In this document: positions 1-7,660 of the stretch, piece after piece
Numbering within the stretch: position 1 is the first letter of the stretch
Layout of the letters: the number at the start of each line of letters is the position of its first letter
NCBI GenBank assembly: GCA_016934975.1
Contig: JAFGRV010000293.1
Coordinates: 1-21,797, forward strand
Length of the DNA: 21,797 bases
Origin: Spirochaetales bacterium
GTDB lineage: Bacteria > Spirochaetota > Spirochaetia > SZUA-6 > JAFGRV01
Direction: 5' to 3'
Notes under the pieces: generated by a model
Told to the model about the DNA's origin: nothing
What the model saw: only the letters and a program-made list of their open reading frames with translations
The model's database searches: none
Position numbers and translations under genes: made by a program

Positions 1-1
1 A

Positions 2-58
2 AATGGTATTCCGTTTCAGAACTTCCTTTAAAATCCGGTAGAATCCGTCCGTATACAT
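2..58 (-). CDS. Possible 5' end of an unknown protein (MYTDGFYRILKEVLKRNTI...) running off the left window edge
   Basis: ATG at 58..56 (minus strand) with a GGAG 7 nt upstream. It stays open to the window edge, but only 19 codons are visible, so this is very weak. Confidence 0.2.
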   Translation of the reverse strand, partial: MYTDGFYRILKEVLKRNTI

Positions 59-171
59 GCGGGTACTCCGATATTAAATTTTCTTAAAAAAATCAGTTGA
101 AAGTCTTTGCAGTAATAATTGACATTCTTATGGATATTTACATTCTAAATGTTATCCCTTATAATGAAACC

Positions 172-684
172 ATGATATTTTCACACTGTCCCACATGTAC
201 TCTGAAAACCCTTGAGTACGACGATATAAAACGGTATTATTGCCCCGAATGTGATTTTACCTATTATCATAATCCCGCGGCTGCCGTGGCGGGGATCATT
301 CTTTTTAATAATAAACTTCTGTTGATAAAGAGGGCGAAAGATCCGGGTAAAGGAAAACTTGATTTACCCGGGGGATTTGTCGACCCGGGAGAGTCTGCCG
401 AAGACGGGTTAAAACGGGAGATTCATGAGGAACTCGGAATACATGTCACTTCATGCAAGTATTTCATGTCTTTGCCCAATACCTATGACTACAAAGGGAT
501 TATTTACCCGACGTGCGATTTAATTTTTGAGATTACCATCGAGACCTTTCCCGGGGAATGGGAAAAGGATGAAATAGAAGATGTAATCCTTGTGCACCCC
601 GCCTCTGCCGCTGCACTTGAGTTCGCCTTTCCTTCGGGCAAAGCTGCAATAGGCAGCTTTGTAAAACAGAGGAATTTATCGTAA
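172..684 (+). CDS. NUDIX hydrolase with an N-terminal C4 zinc ribbon (NudC / NADH pyrophosphatase-like architecture)
   Basis: Zinc ribbon CPTC-x15-CPEC, then a Nudix box GGFVDPGESAEDGLKREIHEELGI that fits G-x5-E-x7-REUxEExGU. The ORF track opens at a TTG at 97. I chose the ATG at 172 just before the zinc ribbon. The start is uncertain: there is no obvious SD for 97, 130 or 172. Confidence 0.75.
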   Translation: MIFSHCPTCTLKTLEYDDIKRYYCPECDFTYYHNPAAAVAGIILFNNKLLLIKRAKDPGKGKLDLPGGFVDPGESAEDGLKREIHEELGIHVTSCKYFMSLPNTYDYKGIIYPTCDLIFEITIETFPGEWEKDEIEDVILVHPASAAALEFAFPSGKAAIGSFVKQRNLS

Positions 685-698
685 GTTGAGACACAAGG

Positions 699-1316
699 TC
701 ACTCATTACTCTTTCCCTCTATTTCAGGGAAAAATTTCGATATACAGTCCGGGCAGATTCCGTGGGTAAATTCCACGTCCGAATGATTTTTTATATAGAC
801 TTCCACCTGATTCCAGTACCCCTGATCATCCCGTATTTTTTTACAATGAGCACAAATCGGCAGCATTCCGCTTAAGGTCTTTACTTTTTCCAGGGCTTTT
901 TTTAAATCGGCATTAAGACGGCGCAGCTCCAGCATGTCGTTAAACCGTGCAACAGCGATAACAATCGCGCGTTCTATTTCATTTATTTCCGGTGGTTTCA
1001 GGAGATACGCGCCGATTCCGGCCTCGGATGCCTGATGCACAAAGTCCTGAGATTCATATGCCGTAAGTGCAACCACCGGGGTCGGATGTGTTTCAAAAAT
1101 TTGTTTTGTTGCCTCTATTCCGTTCATGACCGGCATCTGAATATCCATGAGAATAACATCCGGATTGCAGGTTTCTACCATAGAGACCGCTTCTTTACCA
1201 TCCGATGCCTCTCCGGCGATTATGTATCCGGCATGATTAAGAAGCGCTTTTATAAATTCGCTTATGAGATGGTCATCTTCCACAATTAAAACGCGGGTAT
1301 TCTTTTTAGTGTTCAA
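699..1316 (-). CDS. Response regulator: a CheY-like receiver domain with a C-terminal Cys-rich putative zinc-binding domain and no HTH
   Basis: Receiver motifs VLIVEDD, the phospho-acceptor region VILMDIQMP and ALTA. A coiled-coil linker follows. The C-terminal segment is LPICAHCKKIRDD..W..VE.YI..HS...FTHGICPDC, i.e. CxxC plus HGICPxC. It starts at a TTG with GGAGG 5 nt upstream, 3 nt after the kinase stop. Confidence 0.85.
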   Translation of the reverse strand: MNTKKNTRVLIVEDDHLISEFIKALLNHAGYIIAGEASDGKEAVSMVETCNPDVILMDIQMPVMNGIEATKQIFETHPTPVVALTAYESQDFVHQASEAGIGAYLLKPPEINEIERAIVIAVARFNDMLELRRLNADLKKALEKVKTLSGMLPICAHCKKIRDDQGYWNQVEVYIKNHSDVEFTHGICPDCISKFFPEIEGKSNE

Positions 1317-1319
1317 TCC

Positions 1320-3293
1320 CTATTCCTCCGTTGCATTTATTTTAAATCTGATTTCAACGAGAGCACCGGGAGTATTTGACAACATTAATTCTCCCCGTAA
1401 ATTTTTTTTCACAATATTTTTAATTAAATCAAATCCCATATTATGTTCCTCAAGGTTCAATACATTTTCCGGGAAGCCGGGACCATTATCACAAAACGTT
1501 AATTTTACCGTATTATTTTCCAATGTTGCAGAGACTATAATCCGGGGTTCCTTGTTCTCATCAATCCCATGCTTAATTATATTTGTTACCAATTCATTTA
1601 TAACAATAGATAAATTATGAGCCTGATTGGGTGTGATAAGAATATCCGATACATCGATTTTTAATTCGATATTCCCGCCGGGGGTATGCATTTTTAATGA
1701 AGATTGAATAATATGATTGAGCAAGGTCTTTAAGGAGAGAGGTTCCCATCTTGTATCAGAGAGTAATTTATGCACGGAAGCAAGACCTCCGATTCTCTGT
1801 ATTAAATCATCCAGAAAACGTGAATACTCACATTTATTCGTTTTTTTATTATAACGCTTTTCAGTATAAAGGAGACCGATGATCGCAGCCAGATTATTCT
1901 TCACCCGGTGATTCACTTCCTGAAGCAGTACATTTCTGGTTTCCGAGTCCTGCCTGGCTTGTTTGTATAATCGCGCATTTTCTATAGTGATCGAGGCTGT
2001 GGCTGCGAGGGATTCCATTAACGTCAAATCCGTCCTGCTAAAACGGTTAATGTTAGAATCTCCTGCCACAAGAACCCCGATTGCCTGCTCTTTTACCCGG
2101 AGGGGAACAAGAAGAAGAGACCGTATGTTCCGTATATCTTCACTTATCATCGAGGCATTAAAATGCTCGTCCTTATAAATATCTTTCACAAGACGGCTTT
2201 CATTCGACTTTGCAACCCATCCGATAATCCCCTGGCCGGGAGAGAGACGAAGACCTTGTATAATCCCAGGGGAAGAGCCTGCTGCCCGTGAGCAGATCAA
2301 TTCTTTTGTTTCGGGGTCGATAAACCAGATAGAGACGGAAGGTGCCGAAAACATGAGGTGAACCTCTTTCATAACAAGCCCAAGGACCTCTTCCGGATCC
2401 AAGGTGGAACTAAAGGCGTTGTTCGCCCGGTTTATCGATTCCAGATTCCGCAAATATTGTTTCAGGGCCTTATCCAGCCGGGCTTTATCGAGTGAATTGT
2501 CTTTAAACACCGCCAAAGCCCGGACCATGGAGCCGAGTTCATCCTGCCGTTCAAGGCCTGAAACAGCTACAGCTAAGTCACCCTCCGCCAGTTTATGCAT
2601 AAGTTTTGCAAGGTTAAGAATCGGTCCGGAAATTAAGCGTGTGCTTATAAAGAGTATCGCTATTATGCCGCTCAACATGACGAAGAGCGAAAAAACGATG
2701 ATAATCCGGCTCACCATTCCCGCGTCTTCCCGTGCTTTATTTTCGGCCTGTATTATCATTAATTTCTGGTAATCAAGAAATTCGATGAGAGCGTTCTGAA
2801 ATTCAGTAAAAGGCTGAATCGATGAACGGACTAAAAAGATTCCAAAGGATGGATTATCAACGACACTCATCGCCGCTTGTTCTGCCTGATGCCTGTACAA
2901 ATTCATCGGATCATATATTTTCGCCAGGAGCTGTTTTTCACTCTTATCCAGGTCCCAGGTTGTAAGGATCTCTCCGTAGGTAACATTTATATCATTTAAT
3001 CCCTGTTCCAATCGCTGGTGCAACACGTGTATTTCCTGTTCATGGACATTCATAAATTTTAAGACACAAATTTGATATACATCCGACTGAACCTGTTCAC
3101 TTATTAAAATGAACTCATCTATAAGTGTTATTTTCTTGAGTACGATATCGTGTATTTTTGTAAGGACCATACGTTGATCATGTAATCGAAAAACCGCGTA
3201 ACCTGATACCAAGCCTAAGGCTAAAATTAAAACACCTGCCGGTATAAGCACTTTAATGCTGATGGAAATATCCCTTAAAAACCTCATTGTCAT
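1320..3293 (-). CDS. Membrane sensor histidine kinase: two TM helices flank a ~150-aa periplasmic domain, followed by HAMP, GAF, HisKA_2 and HATPase
   Basis: TM1 LIPAGVLILALGLVSGYAVF and TM2 IIIVFSLFVMLSGIIAILFI. HAMP-like LAKLMHKLAEGDLAVAVSGLERQDELGSMVRALAVF. GAF-like region EEVLGLVMKEVHLMF...LVKDIYKDEHF. H-box EVNHRVKNNLAAIIGLL (HisKA_2 type). ATPase N-box LSIVINELVTNIIKHG and G-box DNGPGFP. Its ATG overlaps the upstream gene stop (ATGA). Confidence 0.9.
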   Translation of the reverse strand: MTMRFLRDISISIKVLIPAGVLILALGLVSGYAVFRLHDQRMVLTKIHDIVLKKITLIDEFILISEQVQSDVYQICVLKFMNVHEQEIHVLHQRLEQGLNDINVTYGEILTTWDLDKSEKQLLAKIYDPMNLYRHQAEQAAMSVVDNPSFGIFLVRSSIQPFTEFQNALIEFLDYQKLMIIQAENKAREDAGMVSRIIIVFSLFVMLSGIIAILFISTRLISGPILNLAKLMHKLAEGDLAVAVSGLERQDELGSMVRALAVFKDNSLDKARLDKALKQYLRNLESINRANNAFSSTLDPEEVLGLVMKEVHLMFSAPSVSIWFIDPETKELICSRAAGSSPGIIQGLRLSPGQGIIGWVAKSNESRLVKDIYKDEHFNASMISEDIRNIRSLLLVPLRVKEQAIGVLVAGDSNINRFSRTDLTLMESLAATASITIENARLYKQARQDSETRNVLLQEVNHRVKNNLAAIIGLLYTEKRYNKKTNKCEYSRFLDDLIQRIGGLASVHKLLSDTRWEPLSLKTLLNHIIQSSLKMHTPGGNIELKIDVSDILITPNQAHNLSIVINELVTNIIKHGIDENKEPRIIVSATLENNTVKLTFCDNGPGFPENVLNLEEHNMGFDLIKNIVKKNLRGELMLSNTPGALVEIRFKINATEE

Positions 3294-5398
3294 TCATCCT
3301 TCGTGTCGATCCAGGTAAGAGCACAGATAATATCATTGTCACCAGGCATTCCACACCAGGCAGTAATCATACCGGCTTCATCTGTCGCCGGATTGGGCCA
3401 TACACTATCAATCCGGACTATATTTCCGTTCACTGCCGAATCCAGGAATCGCAGTAATATTTTATTTCCGTTATTATCAAGGATACTGCTCATATCCATT
3501 CCTGATTTCATCTGATTCGAATTATCGAGAAAAACAATACCTTCTTTTGTAAATCCGATAATATGAAGCCCTGATATATCCATTTCTAAAAATCCCTTTT
3601 CCGGATCATTCATTATCTTAAGTGAAGGGAATAATCCTTTTTCCCGGATCAAGGATATTGCCTTTTCACCTACATTTTTAATCAAAGAACTTTCCCGGGT
3701 CGTCTCGATTTTTTCCGTAAAAACATATTGATTCTTTGGTTTTTCTTTCCAATAGATGTTGTCCATGGGAGAGAGCACCCCCCAGATAGAAGTAGGAAGG
3801 ATTTTTAAGCCTTTATGATAGATGGTATGGAAAGGGAGAACATTAATCCAGATAATAGGAACTTCATCCGTAAGGATTTTTTGGAATTCACTATACAATC
3901 GTTTCCTTTTTTCCGGATCCAATTCCGTTCCCGCGGCTTTTAAAAGTGCATCTACTTCAGGATTTCTGTAGTTTTGAGTGTTCGACCAGGGTACTCCTTT
4001 GCGAATATTATCGGACATATAGGTACGATGGACTCCGATCACCGGATCACCCCAGTTGAAAACCGAATCAAGGGTCATATCAAAATCCCAATTGGACACC
4101 CGATTTGCCCACTCGACAACAGTCGCGGATTTACGCACAGTAACATCAATCCCTATTTTTTTGAGCTGCCGCTTAAGATAAAGTGCCAATTCTTTTTGTT
4201 GATTCGGTACAAGGGGAAGATAGTCGATCTGAGCAGAAAACCGGATATTATTTGATTTTACCGGATATCCGGCTTTATCCAGCAAAGCATTGGCTTTTTT
4301 GAAATCAACCGGGTACTTCTTAACATCAGCCTCATAAAAAGGACTATGCGGGGCAATGGGACCTGTTGAACTCTCTGCTTTTGAACCGAATAAATAGTGT
4401 GTAATAAACTCCCTGTCAACCGCATAGGCAATTGCCTGACGCACTAGTTTATTATCAAAAGGCTTTTTTAGTAGATTAAAAGCGATCCAGTTGAGGGGTC
4501 CGATAGCATCATACCCCCGTGGAGTGACTGCCAGATAAGGCGAATCCGCTAAATTTTGTATGACTTTAAAATCAGAGAAGCCGGGTATAAGATGAGCTTC
4601 TCCACGCTTAATTTTCACCATTTGCTCATGAGGATCCAGATCCAGCTGGATAATAATAGAATCAAGATACGGGCGATTTTCTATGAAATAATGTTTATTC
4701 CTTTCCAGTGATATGTATTCATCCGGTACAAATTCTTTTAAAATATATGGGCCGCATCCTATCGGCTTAAGATTGGCCGGGTGATTTATTATATCCTGAC
4801 CATCATTATAAATATGTTCCGGAAGTATCGGGAGCAAAGGTGGTGAGAGGGCGAGTAAAATTGCAGGATGAACATGAGCGAGTTTTATCACAACAGTAGA
4901 GGGGTCCGGGGTTTCTACCACTTTCACAGGTTCAAACATCGATTTAAAGGGATGATATGTCTTCACAATACTGATGGAAAAGGCAACATCTTCGGATGTC
5001 ACAGGATGGCCATCATGAAAAACAGCATTATCTACCAAATGAAGGGTAACCTCTAACCCATCCTCCGAAACTTCCCAGGTTTTTGCAAGATAAGGCTTTG
5101 GGTTCCAGTTCTCATCAAACCGTAAAGGGCTCGCAAAAATTTGTGTTCCGGCTAAAGAAACCGCGTATCCGGATAAAAGTGCCTGGTTTAAATGTTTCGG
5201 AGAACCCACACCGGAAGAAATAATCAGTTCCCCGCCATGAAAAAAATCACCGGAAATCTCTGTTGAATCATCTGCAATACTATCAGTTTCATCCGGTGGT
5301 GCTTGTCGTATCCTGCTTTTTTCCGTATCAGAACAACCTGTCAATAACAGGATGATCATCACGATGAGAGCACCATTCCTATCAACCCCTCTTTTCAT
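3290..5398 (-). CDS. Lipoprotein: family-5 (peptide/nickel-type) solute-binding domain fused to a C-terminal ~160-aa Cache/PAS-like extracytoplasmic sensor domain
   Basis: Signal peptide plus lipobox (LLLTGC). The N-terminal ~540 aa have SBP_bac_5 character (KPYLAKTWEVSEDGLEVTLHLVDNAVFHDGHPVTSEDV, terminal ...NIYW). The C-terminal tail ...VWPNPATDEAGMITAWCGMPGDNDIICALTWIDTKDE resembles the sCache_2 Y.W.kP.....K..yv....W.ig.G.y.D pattern. There is a GGAG SD before the ATG. The stop overlaps the kinase start. Confidence 0.8.
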   Translation of the reverse strand: MKRGVDRNGALIVMIILLLTGCSDTEKSRIRQAPPDETDSIADDSTEISGDFFHGGELIISSGVGSPKHLNQALLSGYAVSLAGTQIFASPLRFDENWNPKPYLAKTWEVSEDGLEVTLHLVDNAVFHDGHPVTSEDVAFSISIVKTYHPFKSMFEPVKVVETPDPSTVVIKLAHVHPAILLALSPPLLPILPEHIYNDGQDIINHPANLKPIGCGPYILKEFVPDEYISLERNKHYFIENRPYLDSIIIQLDLDPHEQMVKIKRGEAHLIPGFSDFKVIQNLADSPYLAVTPRGYDAIGPLNWIAFNLLKKPFDNKLVRQAIAYAVDREFITHYLFGSKAESSTGPIAPHSPFYEADVKKYPVDFKKANALLDKAGYPVKSNNIRFSAQIDYLPLVPNQQKELALYLKRQLKKIGIDVTVRKSATVVEWANRVSNWDFDMTLDSVFNWGDPVIGVHRTYMSDNIRKGVPWSNTQNYRNPEVDALLKAAGTELDPEKRKRLYSEFQKILTDEVPIIWINVLPFHTIYHKGLKILPTSIWGVLSPMDNIYWKEKPKNQYVFTEKIETTRESSLIKNVGEKAISLIREKGLFPSLKIMNDPEKGFLEMDISGLHIIGFTKEGIVFLDNSNQMKSGMDMSSILDNNGNKILLRFLDSAVNGNIVRIDSVWPNPATDEAGMITAWCGMPGDNDIICALTWIDTKDE

Positions 5399-5675
5399 TA
5401 TTTCACTCCTGAGAAAATATTATTTACTCGGCCGGCCTGGAGTCCGCAAGCCAATACAAATAATCTATATATCTCCTGACACCCGGGAAATGACTAAGAG
5501 TCAATATAATGATACGTGCCAACGCGCAGTGTTACATACCGTAAATCTTAGAAGTAGATCTGCGATTTTTACCCAAGGCAACACAAGAAGAGCGTACATT
5601 ATTGATATAAGGTAGCTATTTCAAAGAAAAGATTCAAGTAATTATTTTCATGGCTTTATACGGAAGAATTTCAGG

Positions 5676-5744
5676 AAGAAAAATAGAATTCCGGGAATAC
5701 CTGCAACAGGGTTATGAAAAACCCCGTCCGGATATTCCCGGAAT
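5676..5744 (-). terminator. Putative rho-independent terminator downstream of the dockerin/chagasin gene
   Basis: 12-bp inverted repeat AATTCCGGGAAT(5688-5699)/ATTCCCGGAATT-like (5733-5744). It has an inner GGGTT/AACCC stem. On the minus strand it is followed by CTATTTTTCTTCT. It lies ~50 nt past the minus-strand stop at 5794. Confidence 0.4.
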
Positions 5745-5793
5745 GATGACGGCGTTCGCAAAGAGGAATTTACACTCCCCCACACTCCTACAG

Positions 5794-6372
5794 CTACATC
5801 GTTACCCGGACCGCAAATGTTCTGGCACCGGCAACAACAATGGGATCATCAAACTCCCGGTAATACTCAAGGTCGATCCGGGCTTCTCCGGCTCCCACAC
5901 CCCTGAATACAAAAGTGTGTTCACAAGGGCTTCCCGGTGCACTCCCGCAATTTGTCACAGCGTCGGAATCAAGAACCACCACATTCGGGTCGGAAATTGT
6001 GTAAAACCATCCATACCCGGTAGAGGGGTTTGTACTCAGAGTAATAGTAAACACCTCGTCAATACCTATAATAAAATCATAATCTCCCACCGGAAGCCGG
6101 GGTATAAGACCGACATAAAAGCGTGCGATAAGAAGGGCATCGACAATATCAATCTCTCCATTATTGTCTACATCCGCGACACTGGTATTCACCAATCCCC
6201 GGGGATCGAGTCCGACATAATGCTGGGACACAAGAAGTGCGTCCACGATATCCACCAGATTATCCTCATTGACATCACCAGGCTGGACCGGGGGAATAGG
6301 TTCCTGGCTAAAAAGCAGCGGACTTGAACCGAGTAAAATTAAAAACAGCGAAAGTAACATTATTTTTTTCAT
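5794..6372 (-). CDS. Secreted protein: two dockerin-type Ca-binding repeats fused to a chagasin-family (MEROPS I42) cysteine-protease inhibitor domain
   Basis: Signal peptide MKKIMLLSLFLILLGSSPLLFSQ. Dockerin-like repeats DVNEDNLVDIVDALLVSQHYVGL and DVDNNGEIDIVDALLIARFYVGL. Chagasin signature NPSTGYGW (NPTTGY.W loop), then GSAPGSPCEHTFVFRGVGAGEARIDLEYY (chagasin L4/L6-like). GGAG SD. The overlapping plus-strand ORF 5650..6327 is judged spurious. Confidence 0.7.
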   Translation of the reverse strand: MKKIMLLSLFLILLGSSPLLFSQEPIPPVQPGDVNEDNLVDIVDALLVSQHYVGLDPRGLVNTSVADVDNNGEIDIVDALLIARFYVGLIPRLPVGDYDFIIGIDEVFTITLSTNPSTGYGWFYTISDPNVVVLDSDAVTNCGSAPGSPCEHTFVFRGVGAGEARIDLEYYREFDDPIVVAGARTFAVRVTM

Positions 6373-6620
6373 TGTATAACTCCTTTTCCTTATAAATTTT
6401 TATAAAACTTTACATGCACTCAATAGTAATTAAAATTAGCACACGAGAGGAATTTGAGTTTATATATTTTGTTATCATTTATTTAAATTTTATATATAAA
6501 AGATTGAACTTTAACGTTATCCGTTGAAAAAAAATACAATATGAGATGTCATCCACCTATTTTAAGAGAGACAGCTTTTTATAAACCTATGTAACGGATA
6601 AAGATACAGGAATATTTACC

Positions 6621-6655
6621 AAGGCCTGTTATTACCGTTGACAGGCCTTTTGTGA
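6621..6655 (+). terminator. Stem-loop with a T-tract (plus-strand orientation) in the AT-rich island
   Basis: AAGGCCTGT(6621-6629)-11 nt loop-ACAGGCCTT(6641-6649), followed by TTTGTG. It fits a plus-strand intrinsic terminator better than a minus-strand one. No plus-strand ORF lies upstream. Confidence 0.3.
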
Positions 6656-6681
6656 ATAAAAGCAGAATGATATGTTACGAT

Positions 6682-6933
6682 TTATTTATTGAATTTTTGA
6701 ATCTCAACATTTTTTTTGCCATATTCAGTGAGTATTAAGAAATTATTACTATCTTGTTTCTTCACATGTTCGCCCGTCTCCGTTTTATAACTTCTGGTTA
6801 AAACAACCTTCTGAGCAGGTTCTTCGGGTACTTGAATATCATTAAAAAGTGTGAATTCATGAACCAGGTATTCTCTTTCATCTTGATCGTAAGCTTTGAA
6901 TGTATCTGTCTTTTCTGTATGGGTCTTTCTCAT
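6682..6933 (-). CDS. Orphan hypothetical small protein (83 aa), with no signal peptide or TM
   Basis: ORF with a weak AGGA-type SD, embedded in a ~680-bp AT-rich region. I recognise no motif. Confidence 0.35.
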   Translation of the reverse strand: MRKTHTEKTDTFKAYDQDEREYLVHEFTLFNDIQVPEEPAQKVVLTRSYKTETGEHVKKQDSNNFLILTEYGKKNVEIQKFNK

Positions 6934-7057
6934 TTTTTTTCCTTTCTACTATATATTATATACTAAATATAATAAAATTAAAGCAAAAGTTTAAGGAAGA
7001 AGGCCTATTTCATGAAAATAATTATTAAAATAGGGGGAGTTTCATTTTATTTTTTCC

Positions 7058-7660
7058 TTATAAAGAGGATTTTTGATCGATGATTTTAAGCTGATTTTCT
7101 AATTGATCGAGATAATTTTCTATGATAACCGAATTATTCCGGACAAACCGAAGAGCAGTGGTACTAAAAAAATTTTCCTTTTCACCTATGCGCCATTGTA
7201 ACTTCTTTATCATACAATCGAAGCCTTTGCCCCTTAATCCGCAGGAAAGAAGCCCCCGCATGAGTCCGATGGGGCCGAAGAGATCCATACCATCGGCATC
7301 ATAGAGAACTTGTGCCTCGATCGTCCGGGGCGGAAGTTGAGAGAATTGTCGTGAATGGGTGATAATGCACTCTTTTATATGATTAATTAGTCTTTCATCA
7401 ATCTCTTTTGACTTTAAAAAAATTTCCGCGAGCCCGGCCCCAAGATAGTTATGATTTTCCGTCTGCTCTTTATGGCCGATATCATGGAGAAGCGCGGCAT
7501 ATTTGATAATCTGCCAGTTTCCTTTCATTTCCTCATTTATGAGTTCTGCGTAATGTAATACCCGTTCCACATGAGGCCAGCCATGAAGAATATCTTCGAC
7601 CATATGTGTGCGTGCAAAATCGAGAATCTCCGAATCAAGCCCATGTATATCACTCATCAC
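7058..7660 (-). CDS. HD-domain metal-dependent phosphohydrolase (~200 aa, small YqeK/YfbR-sized HD protein)
   Basis: HD motifs: H..H.ERV (HGWPHVERVLHYA), ALLHDIGH, and a late DADGMD aspartate cluster. Its start overlaps the stop of the upstream phosphoesterase gene by 11 nt. Confidence 0.8.
   Translation of the reverse strand: MMSDIHGLDSEILDFARTHMVEDILHGWPHVERVLHYAELINEEMKGNWQIIKYAALLHDIGHKEQTENHNYLGAGLAEIFLKSKEIDERLINHIKECIITHSRQFSQLPPRTIEAQVLYDADGMDLFGPIGLMRGLLSCGLRGKGFDCMIKKLQWRIGEKENFFSTTALRFVRNNSVIIENYLDQLENQLKIIDQKSSL

Noticed and set aside
97-171. TTG-initiated N-terminal extension of the NUDIX ORF, as given in the ORF track
   Set aside because: It is a TTG codon without an SD. The extension is a hydrophobic stretch that NudC-like zinc-ribbon NUDIX proteins do not have. 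I preferred the ATG at 172, but the start remains uncertain.
1035-1620. Plus-strand ORFs 1035..1289 and 1264..1620, opposite the response-regulator and kinase genes
   Set aside because: They lie entirely inside well-supported minus-strand genes and have low-complexity, Cys/Phe-rich translations with no motifs. These are antisense artefacts.
5650-6327. 225-aa plus-strand ORF overlapping the dockerin/chagasin gene
   Set aside because: The opposite-strand ORF carries a signal peptide, dockerin repeats and the chagasin motif. The plus-strand translation has no recognisable features.
7001-7072. 23-codon plus-strand mini-ORF (MKIIIKIGGVSFYFFLIKRIFDR) with an AAGGAAGAAGG SD
   Set aside because: It is too short and too hydrophobic/low-complexity to call. 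I mention it only in the context of the AT-rich island finding.
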